Shown in pieces: positions 16,166 to 22,721 of a stretch of 22,721 nt of DNA. Below the pieces are notes generated by a model, which made no database searches, was not told the origin of the DNA, and worked only from the letters and a program-made list of their open reading frames with translations. The position numbers and the translations under genes were made by a program. Source of the DNA: Candidatus Zixiibacteriota bacterium (GTDB taxonomy: Bacteria; Zixibacteria; MSB-5A5; GN15; FEB-12); NCBI GenBank assembly GCA_041742355.1, contig JBGSIV010000207.1:1-22721 (forward strand), written 5' to 3'. Numbering within the stretch: the stretch's first letter is position 1; each line of letters starts with the position of its first letter.

Positions 16166-16495
16166 TCACACCTTCACGTCGATGAGCTTGCCGAGGGTCT
16201 GGCCCGGGGAAGTCTCACCGGAGGAACGGGTGAAAGCGGCGCCGAAGCGGCCGGTGTCGGCAAATCGCTCGAACAGCATGTCCAGCGCGGCCTTCTCGGC
16301 ATCGGACAGGTACTGCGCATAGGTCCCCTCGGGCGCCGTGACCGCCAGTTCCGATCCGGCGGCGGTATCCTGCGGGGTGATGGTCAGATTGCGCTGCTCG
16401 ACCGACCCGGCGTCTTTCTGATCCTGCGCCGGACGAGCTGGCGGGCGATGCGTCACCTGCTGGTAGGTTTGAATGGCAGTCGGATTGATCTTCAT
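16166..16495 (-). CDS. Hypothetical 109-aa protein inside the flgBC-fliE operon
   Basis: AGGAGA RBS, tight packing (17 nt after flgC, 1 nt before fliE), MKINPTAIQTYQQ...LGKLIDVKV. Confidence 0.8.
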   Translation of the reverse strand: MKINPTAIQTYQQVTHRPPARPAQDQKDAGSVEQRNLTITPQDTAAGSELAVTAPEGTYAQYLSDAEKAALDMLFERFADTGRFGAAFTRSSGETSPGQTLGKLIDVKV

Positions 16496-16512
16496 AGTCT
16501 CCTGTCACCTTC

Positions 16513-17007
16513 CTATATGTCCAGGGAATCTTTGGCCATCTGCTTGGCGGTCGAAATCGCGACGGTGTTCGCCTCGTAGGCTCGGGCGGCCGCCATCATG
16601 TCGACCATCTCGTTAACCACTTCAATATCGGGCATTCTCACGTAGCCCTGCTCGTCCGCGTCGGGATGGCTCGGGTCGTGAATCAGCTTGTACGCCGACT
16701 TCGGCGCCTCGACCTCTTTCATTTTGACATCAGGCACTTCCACTTCGGAGCGAAGCCGCACGCCCTGGGCCGGCAGGTGCCGGGTGTTGGTCCGGTCGAG
16801 ATCCACTCCGGCCCGCTGCATCATGTGACGGAACGACACGCCGGTGTCGTCTTCCTTCACCACCACCTGCTTGCGGCGGTAGGGTCCGCCCTCGGGCGTC
16901 TGGGTGGTTTCGGCGTTGGCGATATTCTCCGCCGTCGTGTTCATTTTCGCCCGCTGGACCGACAGTCCTTTCGACGAAATCTCAATGGCTCCGAGAAGAC
17001 CGGCCAT
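16513..17007 (-). CDS. flgC: Proximal rod protein FlgC
   Basis: AENIANAETT, GGPYRRK, HDPSHPDAD..GYVRMPD, EMVDMMAAARAYEAN. Confidence 0.97.
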   Translation of the reverse strand: MAGLLGAIEISSKGLSVQRAKMNTTAENIANAETTQTPEGGPYRRKQVVVKEDDTGVSFRHMMQRAGVDLDRTNTRHLPAQGVRLRSEVEVPDVKMKEVEAPKSAYKLIHDPSHPDADEQGYVRMPDIEVVNEMVDMMAAARAYEANTVAISTAKQMAKDSLDI

Positions 17008-17017
17008 ACCTTACCTC

Positions 17018-17425
17018 CTATCGCCCCGTGATCGCGCGTCGCAGCCCCTCGAACTTCTTCTGGAGAAGTCGGGCGGCCACGGTGAACTGCAATTCGTTCT
17101 GCGCCATCTGGGACACTTCCTGGTCAATGTCGACTGCGTTGAGTTCGTCCGGCTTGGGCCGGGTTTCATCGATTTCGGGCTCCCGTTCGCGGTGTTGCCC
17201 GAGCGGTATGTGCCGGCTGTCCGTGATTTCCCCCGCCACCCGCGTCGTTTGACCGGTCAGGCGGGAGTATTCGGCCTGAAAATCGATATCGCGGCGACTG
17301 TAGCCGGGGGTTGACACATTGGCCACGTTGCTGCTGACCAGCTTATGGCGGAATGCGGACACATCGAGGTAGGCCTCGAACTTGTGTACCCCGGTTCCCT
17401 TGAATAAGTAATCCGCGATTTTCAT
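17018..17425 (-). CDS. flgB: Proximal rod protein FlgB
   Basis: RHKLVSSNVANVSTPGYSRRDIDF, NAVDIDQE..MAQN. Start moved to ATG 17425, downstream of the sigma54 promoter. Confidence 0.95.
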   Translation of the reverse strand: MKIADYLFKGTGVHKFEAYLDVSAFRHKLVSSNVANVSTPGYSRRDIDFQAEYSRLTGQTTRVAGEITDSRHIPLGQHREREPEIDETRPKPDELNAVDIDQEVSQMAQNELQFTVAARLLQKKFEGLRRAITGR

Positions 17426-17466
17426 GCCTTCACACACCAATTCATGGTTTTCGTCGCACGACGTTA

Positions 17467-17483
17467 TGCAAGGAGTGTGCCAA
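17467..17483 (-). promoter_or_regulatory. sigma54 promoter of the flgB-fliJ operon
   Basis: Minus strand TTGGCAC-ACTCC-TTGCA, matching the TGGCAC-N5-TTGC consensus. Confidence 0.9.
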
Positions 17484-17567
17484 GTTCGCATGCCGCCGCA
17501 AAGCCTGTTGCATCGCAATGACTTTGAAGACCGAGGGACTGCGGTGGAATGATGCGGGAATCAGGCG

Positions 17568-17596
17568 CGGGAAATTCTTTCCGGCAGAGCGGGAAG
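17568..17596. promoter_or_regulatory. Putative enhancer (UAS) palindrome upstream of flgB
   Basis: CGGGAAATTCTTTCCGG (core GGAAA-ttc-TTTCC) plus a CGGGAAG half-site 22 nt further, mirroring the flgF arrangement. Confidence 0.55.
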
Positions 17597-17599
17597 AAA

Positions 17600-18373
17600 C
17601 TACTCGATCTGGGCGGTTGGATTCGTCGATACCGGCTGGTCGATGTAGTACAGCTGCGAGGTCGGCTCCTTCATCGACAGCTCCATGGTGAGGATCACGA
17701 TGTCGACCCGGCGGTTCATCGCCCGGTTCTCGATCGAGTTGTTCGGGCGCACCGGGCGGTATTCGCCGTAACCGAGGGCCGATACCCGGTCGGGCGGGAA
17801 ACCGTGTACGTTCACGAAGTATCGCACGACCTCGGTTGCCCGCGCCGCCGACAGTTCCCAGTTCGAGGGAAAGCGCAGCGTATTGATCTGGCGGTCGTCG
17901 GTGTGTCCTTCGATCCGTACGTGATTGGGCATCTTCTCGACTTCGTCGTTAATGAGGTCGAGGACCTCTATCGCCTGCGGTTCGAGTTCGGCCGCCCCTT
18001 CCTCGAACAGCGCCCGATCGACAATGTGGATTACCAGTCCCCGCTCGGTGATCTCCTGGGTCACGTCCTCGAGGCGGTTGATGTTCTTGAACCGCTCCTC
18101 GATCCGGGCCTGCAGCATCTTGAGGTTGCCCAGCTTGAGCAGGCCGTGGCCCTCGTTCGATGGCTGGGCGTCGTCGTAGTTGACCACGCTCTCCCCCCCC
18201 TTGAGTACGCCGCGCAGCGCTTTGGCCATCTGGCCGAATCGCTTGGCGTCGATCTGGGACATGGAGTACATGACGACGAAAAACGCCAGCAGCAGCGTGA
18301 TCAGATCGGCGTAGGTTAGAAGCCAGCGATCCAGATTTTCCTTGTCGTCGACACGACGGCGGAAGCGGCGCAT
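17600..18373 (-). CDS. motB: Flagellar stator protein MotB
   Basis: WLLTYADLITLLLAFFVVMY TM with conserved Asp; OmpA-like domain IEGHTDD, NWELSAARA, NRRVDI. Confidence 0.96.
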   Translation of the reverse strand: MRRFRRRVDDKENLDRWLLTYADLITLLLAFFVVMYSMSQIDAKRFGQMAKALRGVLKGGESVVNYDDAQPSNEGHGLLKLGNLKMLQARIEERFKNINRLEDVTQEITERGLVIHIVDRALFEEGAAELEPQAIEVLDLINDEVEKMPNHVRIEGHTDDRQINTLRFPSNWELSAARATEVVRYFVNVHGFPPDRVSALGYGEYRPVRPNNSIENRAMNRRVDIVILTMELSMKEPTSQLYYIDQPVSTNPTAQIE

Positions 18374-18375
18374 GG

Positions 18376-19140
18376 CTACTCCTCGAGACTGCGGTGGATC
18401 GGCGCGATGAAGGACAAGAGACGAGTCCGGATGTAGCGCGGGTTTTCACCCATTTGGAGGGCGACCACCCCTTCCATAATCAATTCCAGGTGCGCGATCT
18501 CCTCCTCGTGGCGCATCCGCAGCTTATCGGATACCGGGAGGAAGAACAAGTTGGCCAAGCCCACTCCCCAGAGCGTCGCGATGAACGCCGCGGCGATGTG
18601 GGCAGCCATACGGGTGGCATCGGCCGTGTTGCCCAGCGTATGCACCAGACCGAGCACTGTGCCCAAAATCCCCATCGTGGGGGCATACCCGCCGGCTTTC
18701 TGGAAGAAGGTGATCCCGCGTTTGTGACGGTCCTCGAGGTAGGCGATTTCCGTCTCGAGGATTTCCCGCAGCGCCGCCACCTCCGTGCCGTCGATCACCA
18801 GGCGGATCGCCTTGCGAAAGAACGGATTGTGAATCTTCCTGAGATCGTTCTCCAGTCCGAGGATACCTTCGCGGCGCGCTTTCTCCGACAGCTTGACAAT
18901 CTGGTCGATCGTCTCGTTGAACCGGTGGGGACGCCCCGAGAAGGCGATCCGGAGGAAATGCGGAATCTGGGTGACCGTGTCAATTGAGGTGGTGACTGTC
19001 GTGGCGCCCAGTGTCCCCCCGACGACAATGAGGATCGGCCCGGTGAGAAACACCGAATCGAGCGATCCCCCTTCGAGGAAGTAGGAACCGCCCACTGCGC
19101 CGAATGCAATCACCAGACCTAAAAGGGTTGCCAGATCCAT
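18376..19140 (-). CDS. motA: Flagellar stator protein MotA
   Basis: MDLATLLGL, IVVGGT, ARREGILGLE, APTMGILGTVLGL, GENP. Start taken at ATG 19140; ATG 19185 is possible. Confidence 0.95.
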   Translation of the reverse strand: MDLATLLGLVIAFGAVGGSYFLEGGSLDSVFLTGPILIVVGGTLGATTVTTSIDTVTQIPHFLRIAFSGRPHRFNETIDQIVKLSEKARREGILGLENDLRKIHNPFFRKAIRLVIDGTEVAALREILETEIAYLEDRHKRGITFFQKAGGYAPTMGILGTVLGLVHTLGNTADATRMAAHIAAAFIATLWGVGLANLFFLPVSDKLRMRHEEEIAHLELIMEGVVALQMGENPRYIRTRLLSFIAPIHRSLEE

Positions 19141-19208
19141 AGTCGAACTGCCGTTCTCCCGGACATGAAGATCACTGGAGGGCATGGGTAGCCCGCGGTA
19201 TGGTAGAT

Positions 19209-19235
19209 TAATCGGCAGGTCGGGATATTAGTGGA
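19209..19235 (-). promoter_or_regulatory. Possible sigma28 promoter for motAB
   Basis: -10 GCCGATTA (7/8 consensus); weak -35 TCCA at 15 nt spacing. Confidence 0.45.
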
Positions 19236-19241
19236 GCGCGG

Positions 19242-19266
19242 ACGGGGCGGTAAACTTCCGCCCCGT
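19242..19266. terminator. GC-rich hairpin after the response regulator gene
   Basis: ACGGGGCGG-taaactt-CCGCCCCGT, 9 bp perfect stem about 20 nt after the stop; no U-tract. Confidence 0.45.
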
Positions 19267-19285
19267 ATCCGCTTGCAGATTTTGC

Positions 19286-20638
19286 TCAGGAATTGGACAC
19301 TTCGCCGTACTCGGCCAGCTTGTTCCGGATCGTCCGCGCCGAAATTCCCAGCGCTTCGGCGGCCCGGGTTTTGTTCCCGTTGTATTTTTCCAGCGTTTTA
19401 AGGATAAGGTACTTGCTCCCCTCCTCGAGCTTCATCGGCACCTTGAGCCCGCCCATATCGTCGCCGACGCGCCCCAGCGCCAGTTCGACGGGGAACTCGT
19501 CTTCGGTGAGCAGGTCCTTATTGCTCGTTACCACCGCCCGTTCGATGTAGTTCTCAAGCTCGCGGACATTGCCGGGCCAGTGGTAGTGCATGAGCAGGCG
19601 CATGGCCTGGGGATCGACACCTTTGACCGAGCGGTGATTCTCGATATTGTACTTCTCGATGAAGTGCTCGACCAGCAGCGGTATATCCTCGCGGCGGTCC
19701 TCCAGCGGCGTCAAGTGGATCGGGATGACATTGAGCCGGTAGAAGAGATCCTCGCGGAACCGCCCCTCGGCGATGTATTCCTTCAGGTTCCGGTTCGAGG
19801 TCGCCACGATGCGCACGTCGACCTGGATCGTCTGGCTCGATCCGACCCGTTCGAACTCCCGTTCCTGGATCACCCGCAGCAGTTTCGACTGGAGGTTCAG
19901 AGGCATTTCCGAGATTTCGTCCAGCAGGAGCGTGCCACCGTCGGCCAGTTCGAACCGGCCGTGGTTGGTCTTCTTGGCGTCGGTGAACGCCCCCTTCTCG
20001 TAGCCGAACAGCTCGGACTCGACGAGATTCTCCGGCAGCGCGGCGCAGTTGAGCTTGACGAAGGGCTTGTCGGCCCGATTCGAGCTGTAATGAATCGCCC
20101 GCGCGACCAGTTCCTTACCGGTTCCCGATCCCCCCGTGATGAGCACGGTTGACCGGGCGTCGGCGATCGCCTGGATCCGTTCGAAGACCTCTTTCATCAT
20201 CTTGGATTTGCCGACGATATTGTGGAATTTGTCGGCCAGATCCTTGCGCATCATTTCGTTCTCGCGCCGCAGCGAAATCACTTCGGTCACGCGGGCGAGG
20301 ATGTGTTCCAGCGCCTCGGGAGAAACCGGCTTGAGGAGGAAGTCGTACGCCCCGTTTTTGATCGCCTTGACCGCCATTTCGATCGTCCCGTAGGCGGTCA
20401 TCATGATCACGATCGTCTCCCGGTCCCCGGTCTTGATCTGCTGCAGGAGTTCCAGCCCGTCCATGCCGGGCATCTTGACATCGGACAGGATGATATCAAA
20501 GCTGCGGGCATGCAATCTGGCCAGCGCCTCCTCCCCGGAGAACACCGCCGTACAATCGTAACCGGCCCGCTGCAGCACCTCCATCAGGTACTCGTTGACC
20601 AGCCTGTCATCGTCGACCACCAGAACCGAATATTTCAT
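19286..20638 (-). CDS. sigma54-dependent NtrC-family response regulator (FlgR/FleR-like)
   Basis: Receiver (VLVVDDD, SDVKMPG, MTAYG, LKP), AAA+ (GGSGTGKE, ESELFG, GAFTDA, LLDEI, WPGNVREL), Fis-type HTH (NKTRAAEALGIS). Start moved to ATG 20638. Confidence 0.94.
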   Translation of the reverse strand: MKYSVLVVDDDRLVNEYLMEVLQRAGYDCTAVFSGEEALARLHARSFDIILSDVKMPGMDGLELLQQIKTGDRETIVIMMTAYGTIEMAVKAIKNGAYDFLLKPVSPEALEHILARVTEVISLRRENEMMRKDLADKFHNIVGKSKMMKEVFERIQAIADARSTVLITGGSGTGKELVARAIHYSSNRADKPFVKLNCAALPENLVESELFGYEKGAFTDAKKTNHGRFELADGGTLLLDEISEMPLNLQSKLLRVIQEREFERVGSSQTIQVDVRIVATSNRNLKEYIAEGRFREDLFYRLNVIPIHLTPLEDRREDIPLLVEHFIEKYNIENHRSVKGVDPQAMRLLMHYHWPGNVRELENYIERAVVTSNKDLLTEDEFPVELALGRVGDDMGGLKVPMKLEEGSKYLILKTLEKYNGNKTRAAEALGISARTIRNKLAEYGEVSNS

Positions 20639-20639
20639 A

Positions 20640-21977
20640 TCAGTGCTCCCTGTTTGCGGCATCGTGCTTGACCGGCAGCAGCAGCCGGAAAGTGGCCCCG
20701 CCCTCCGGGCGGTTTTCGGCGACAATGTCACCGCCATGCGCTTTCATCACCTTCCACGCCACCGCCAGCCCGAGACCGTTCCCGTTACTGCGGGTGGTGA
20801 AGAACGGCGAGAAGATTTTCTCGAGGTGCTCCTCCGGTATGCCGGGGCCGCTGTCGGTCACGGTCGTCTCGAGCACCGTTTCATCCAGCCCCAGCAGTAT
20901 CCGCCGTCCCCATTGCTGGGCCGCTGCCTGTCGCGGGAGAACCCGGTAGCGGACCTCGATTCGCCCGCCCGCCGGCATGACCTCGAGGGCATTCGTGAAC
21001 AGGTTGAAGTACACCTGCCGCAAGAGCATCGGGTCGATCTCCACCGACGGATTGGCGCGGCCGTTTCCGTCCGGGCGGTGCACCACTATCTGCGAGGACT
21101 CCAGCCGGTCGGCCGAATCCCGTTCGAATTGCCGCACTGTCGCGACCACGAAATCGGCGAAGCCGGTTTCGGTCTTGTTGGTCTCTTCGAACCGGGTGTA
21201 GTTCAGCAGCGTCGTAACCGTTTCATTGAGCGAGTTGACTCCGCGGATGATATTGTTCACGAGCTTGAGCCTCGGATCGTCAGCCTCGAGATCCTTCTGC
21301 AGCAGCGCGGCAAAGCCGCCGATCCCCGAAAGCGGGTTGCGCACCTCGTGTGCGATCGTGGCCGCCATCTCCCCCAGCGCCGCCAGGGTGTTGAGGCGGG
21401 TCAACTCCGCCTCCATCTTCTTGATCTTGGTCAGGTCGTGAAAGACCTCGACGGCCCCGGTGGGACATCCGGCGCTGTCGCGGAGAACCGCTGTCGACAC
21501 CGACAGGTGGAGCCGGGTTCCGTCCGGAAGCTCGATCATCCGTTCCACCGAGTCCATTGGCTCTCCCCGCTCGACCGACCGCAGCGCGTTGGCGTCCGCC
21601 GGCGTCCCCGGGCGGATACAATCACGGTACGGCCGTCCCAAAGGCTCGTTGGCCGGCAGTCCGAGGATCCGCGATGCTGCGCGGTTGAAGTGGGTGATCA
21701 TCCCGTCCCGGTTCACGGCGATCACGCCAGCCGCCATCGAATTAAGGATGCTGTCGAGGAACTCGGTGACGGTGAGGTTGTGCTCGGTGAGCCGGGTCAG
21801 CTTGATGTTAGCTTCGGCCAGTTCACGGTGCTGGGCGGTGAAGTCCTCCTCCAACTGCAGATATTTGCGCTGCAGCGAGTTAATGATCCGGGTGAAAGAG
21901 GCGTAGGAATCGGCGAAACGAGACACCTCATCGCTGTCGAGCACGGGAGAAGTCAGGGTCTTTGCGCTATCATCCAT
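20640..21977 (-). CDS. Cytoplasmic PAS-domain sensor histidine kinase (FlgS/FleS-like)
   Basis: No TM segment; coiled coil, PAS (ILNSMAAGVIAVN..FNRAA), H-box AHEVRNPL, N-box NLFTNA, DSGPG, FSPFFTT, GNGLGL. Confidence 0.94.
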   Translation of the reverse strand: MDDSAKTLTSPVLDSDEVSRFADSYASFTRIINSLQRKYLQLEEDFTAQHRELAEANIKLTRLTEHNLTVTEFLDSILNSMAAGVIAVNRDGMITHFNRAASRILGLPANEPLGRPYRDCIRPGTPADANALRSVERGEPMDSVERMIELPDGTRLHLSVSTAVLRDSAGCPTGAVEVFHDLTKIKKMEAELTRLNTLAALGEMAATIAHEVRNPLSGIGGFAALLQKDLEADDPRLKLVNNIIRGVNSLNETVTTLLNYTRFEETNKTETGFADFVVATVRQFERDSADRLESSQIVVHRPDGNGRANPSVEIDPMLLRQVYFNLFTNALEVMPAGGRIEVRYRVLPRQAAAQQWGRRILLGLDETVLETTVTDSGPGIPEEHLEKIFSPFFTTRSNGNGLGLAVAWKVMKAHGGDIVAENRPEGGATFRLLLPVKHDAANREH

Positions 21978-22115
21978 GATCTGTTTCCCCGGCCGCCCGC
22001 TGCTGTCCCTGAGGGGCGGCTGGCCGCGCTGTTGCCGTAGTCGGCAGGCAACACCTGCGCACGCAGATCTTCCCCGCCGTCAAGGGCAACCGCAATTCTT
22101 GCATTTGCCTGCGAC

Positions 22116-22144
22116 ACCATAGGACCGCGACGGGAATGATTCAA
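22116..22144 (-). promoter_or_regulatory. Putative sigma70 promoter for the two-component pair
   Basis: TTGAAT-N17-TATGGT with an upstream AT tract (AATTTTTTAG). Confidence 0.5.
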
Positions 22145-22180
22145 CTAAAAAATTCCGGACGGAAATGCGGGGAATTCAGG

Positions 22181-22720
22181 TTAGAAGAAGCTGACTATCT
22201 CGTCGGCCACCGTGCCGATCGGGGTAACGATATCGGCCAGACCGGCCTCAATGGCTGCCCGGGGCATGCCGTACACCACGCACGACTGCTCTTCCTGCGC
22301 GATAACGACGCCTCCTTTGAGCTTGAGCTGGCGGAGACCGTGGACGCCGTTGTTGCCCATTCCGGTCAGGATGACCCCGAGCGCGCAGCCGCCGTAGGTC
22401 TCCGCGACCGACCCCATGGTGAGGTCGACGCAGGGGTGGTAGAGGGTTTCGGCCGGATCGGCCGATACCACGGCGCGCGCGCGGCCGCCATACCGCTTCA
22501 CCGTCAGGTGCTTCCCGCCCGGTGCGATGAGCACGTTGCCCGGTTCAATCGGCTCGCCGTCAACCGCTTCCCGCACTGCGAGCTGAGCCATAGAATTCAG
22601 CCGCTCGGCCAGCGATTTGGTGAACATCGGCGGCATGTGCTGGGCGACAATAATTCCGCTGGGAAAGTTGCGCGGAAGGCGAGGGATGATCTGCTGGAGC
22701 GCCGGCGGGCCGCCGGTGGA
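22181..22720 (-). CDS. cheB: Chemotaxis methylesterase CheB, C-terminal domain (5' end outside window)
   Basis: Frame extends past the track's start: STGGPPAL...AQHMPPMFT...IAPGGKHL...ILTGMGNNG...AQEEQSCVVYGMP. Confidence 0.93.
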   Translation of the reverse strand, partial: STGGPPALQQIIPRLPRNFPSGIIVAQHMPPMFTKSLAERLNSMAQLAVREAVDGEPIEPGNVLIAPGGKHLTVKRYGGRARAVVSADPAETLYHPCVDLTMGSVAETYGGCALGVILTGMGNNGVHGLRQLKLKGGVVIAQEEQSCVVYGMPRAAIEAGLADIVTPIGTVADEIVSFF

Positions 22721-22721
22721 G

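Noticed and set aside
16166..16495. Orphan ORF as FlgM
   Set aside because: It lacks the conserved C-terminal K..I..G.Y sigma28-binding motif.
22022..22038. GG-N10-GC (CGGCAAC...CGGC) as a sigma54 promoter for the kinase
   Set aside because: Poor match around both elements (no TGGCAC or TTGC); a better sigma70-like promoter exists upstream.
22040..22115. 76-nt cloverleaf-like fold as a tRNA
   Set aside because: No T-loop GUUC, no D-loop GG, no 7-nt anticodon loop and no CCA.
21953..22144. 63-aa minus-strand ORF upstream of the kinase
   Set aside because: It starts within the predicted promoter, has no RBS or motif, and overlaps the kinase start.
1..22721. CRISPR arrays, IS elements, prophage genes, rRNA or tRNA
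   Set aside because: No repeat-spacer arrays, transposase/integrase motifs or structural RNA signatures were seen.

Overview
GC-rich bacterial flagellar/chemotaxis gene cluster, almost entirely on the minus strand. In transcription order: cheB (3' part), a soluble PAS histidine kinase, a sigma54 enhancer-binding response regulator, motA, motB, flgB, flgC, an orphan ORF, fliE-F-G-H-I-J, a plus-strand secreted cohesin+dockerin-like gene, a small Cys-rich ORF, flgF-G-A-H-I, flgJ (rod-binding domain fused to an SLT lytic transglycosylase), flgN, flgK, csrA and flgL (long, repeat-containing, running off the window and missed by the ORF track). The C-terminal CC..RGN-type dockerin suggests a Zixibacteria-like host (inference). 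Promoter motifs suggest a three-tier hierarchy: sigma70 for the two-component pair, sigma54 with a shared upstream palindrome for the flgB and flgF operons, and sigma28 for flgN-flgK-csrA-flgL, the Cys-rich ORF and perhaps motAB. The most notable oddities are a GGA-dense plus-strand segment ending in a terminator (candidate CsrA-sponge sRNA), the FlgJ-SLT fusion, a cysteine-free FlgH, a CheB with Asn at the catalytic Asp position, nested repeats in FlgL and two uncharacterised small ORFs. All calls were made by eye; no searches were run.
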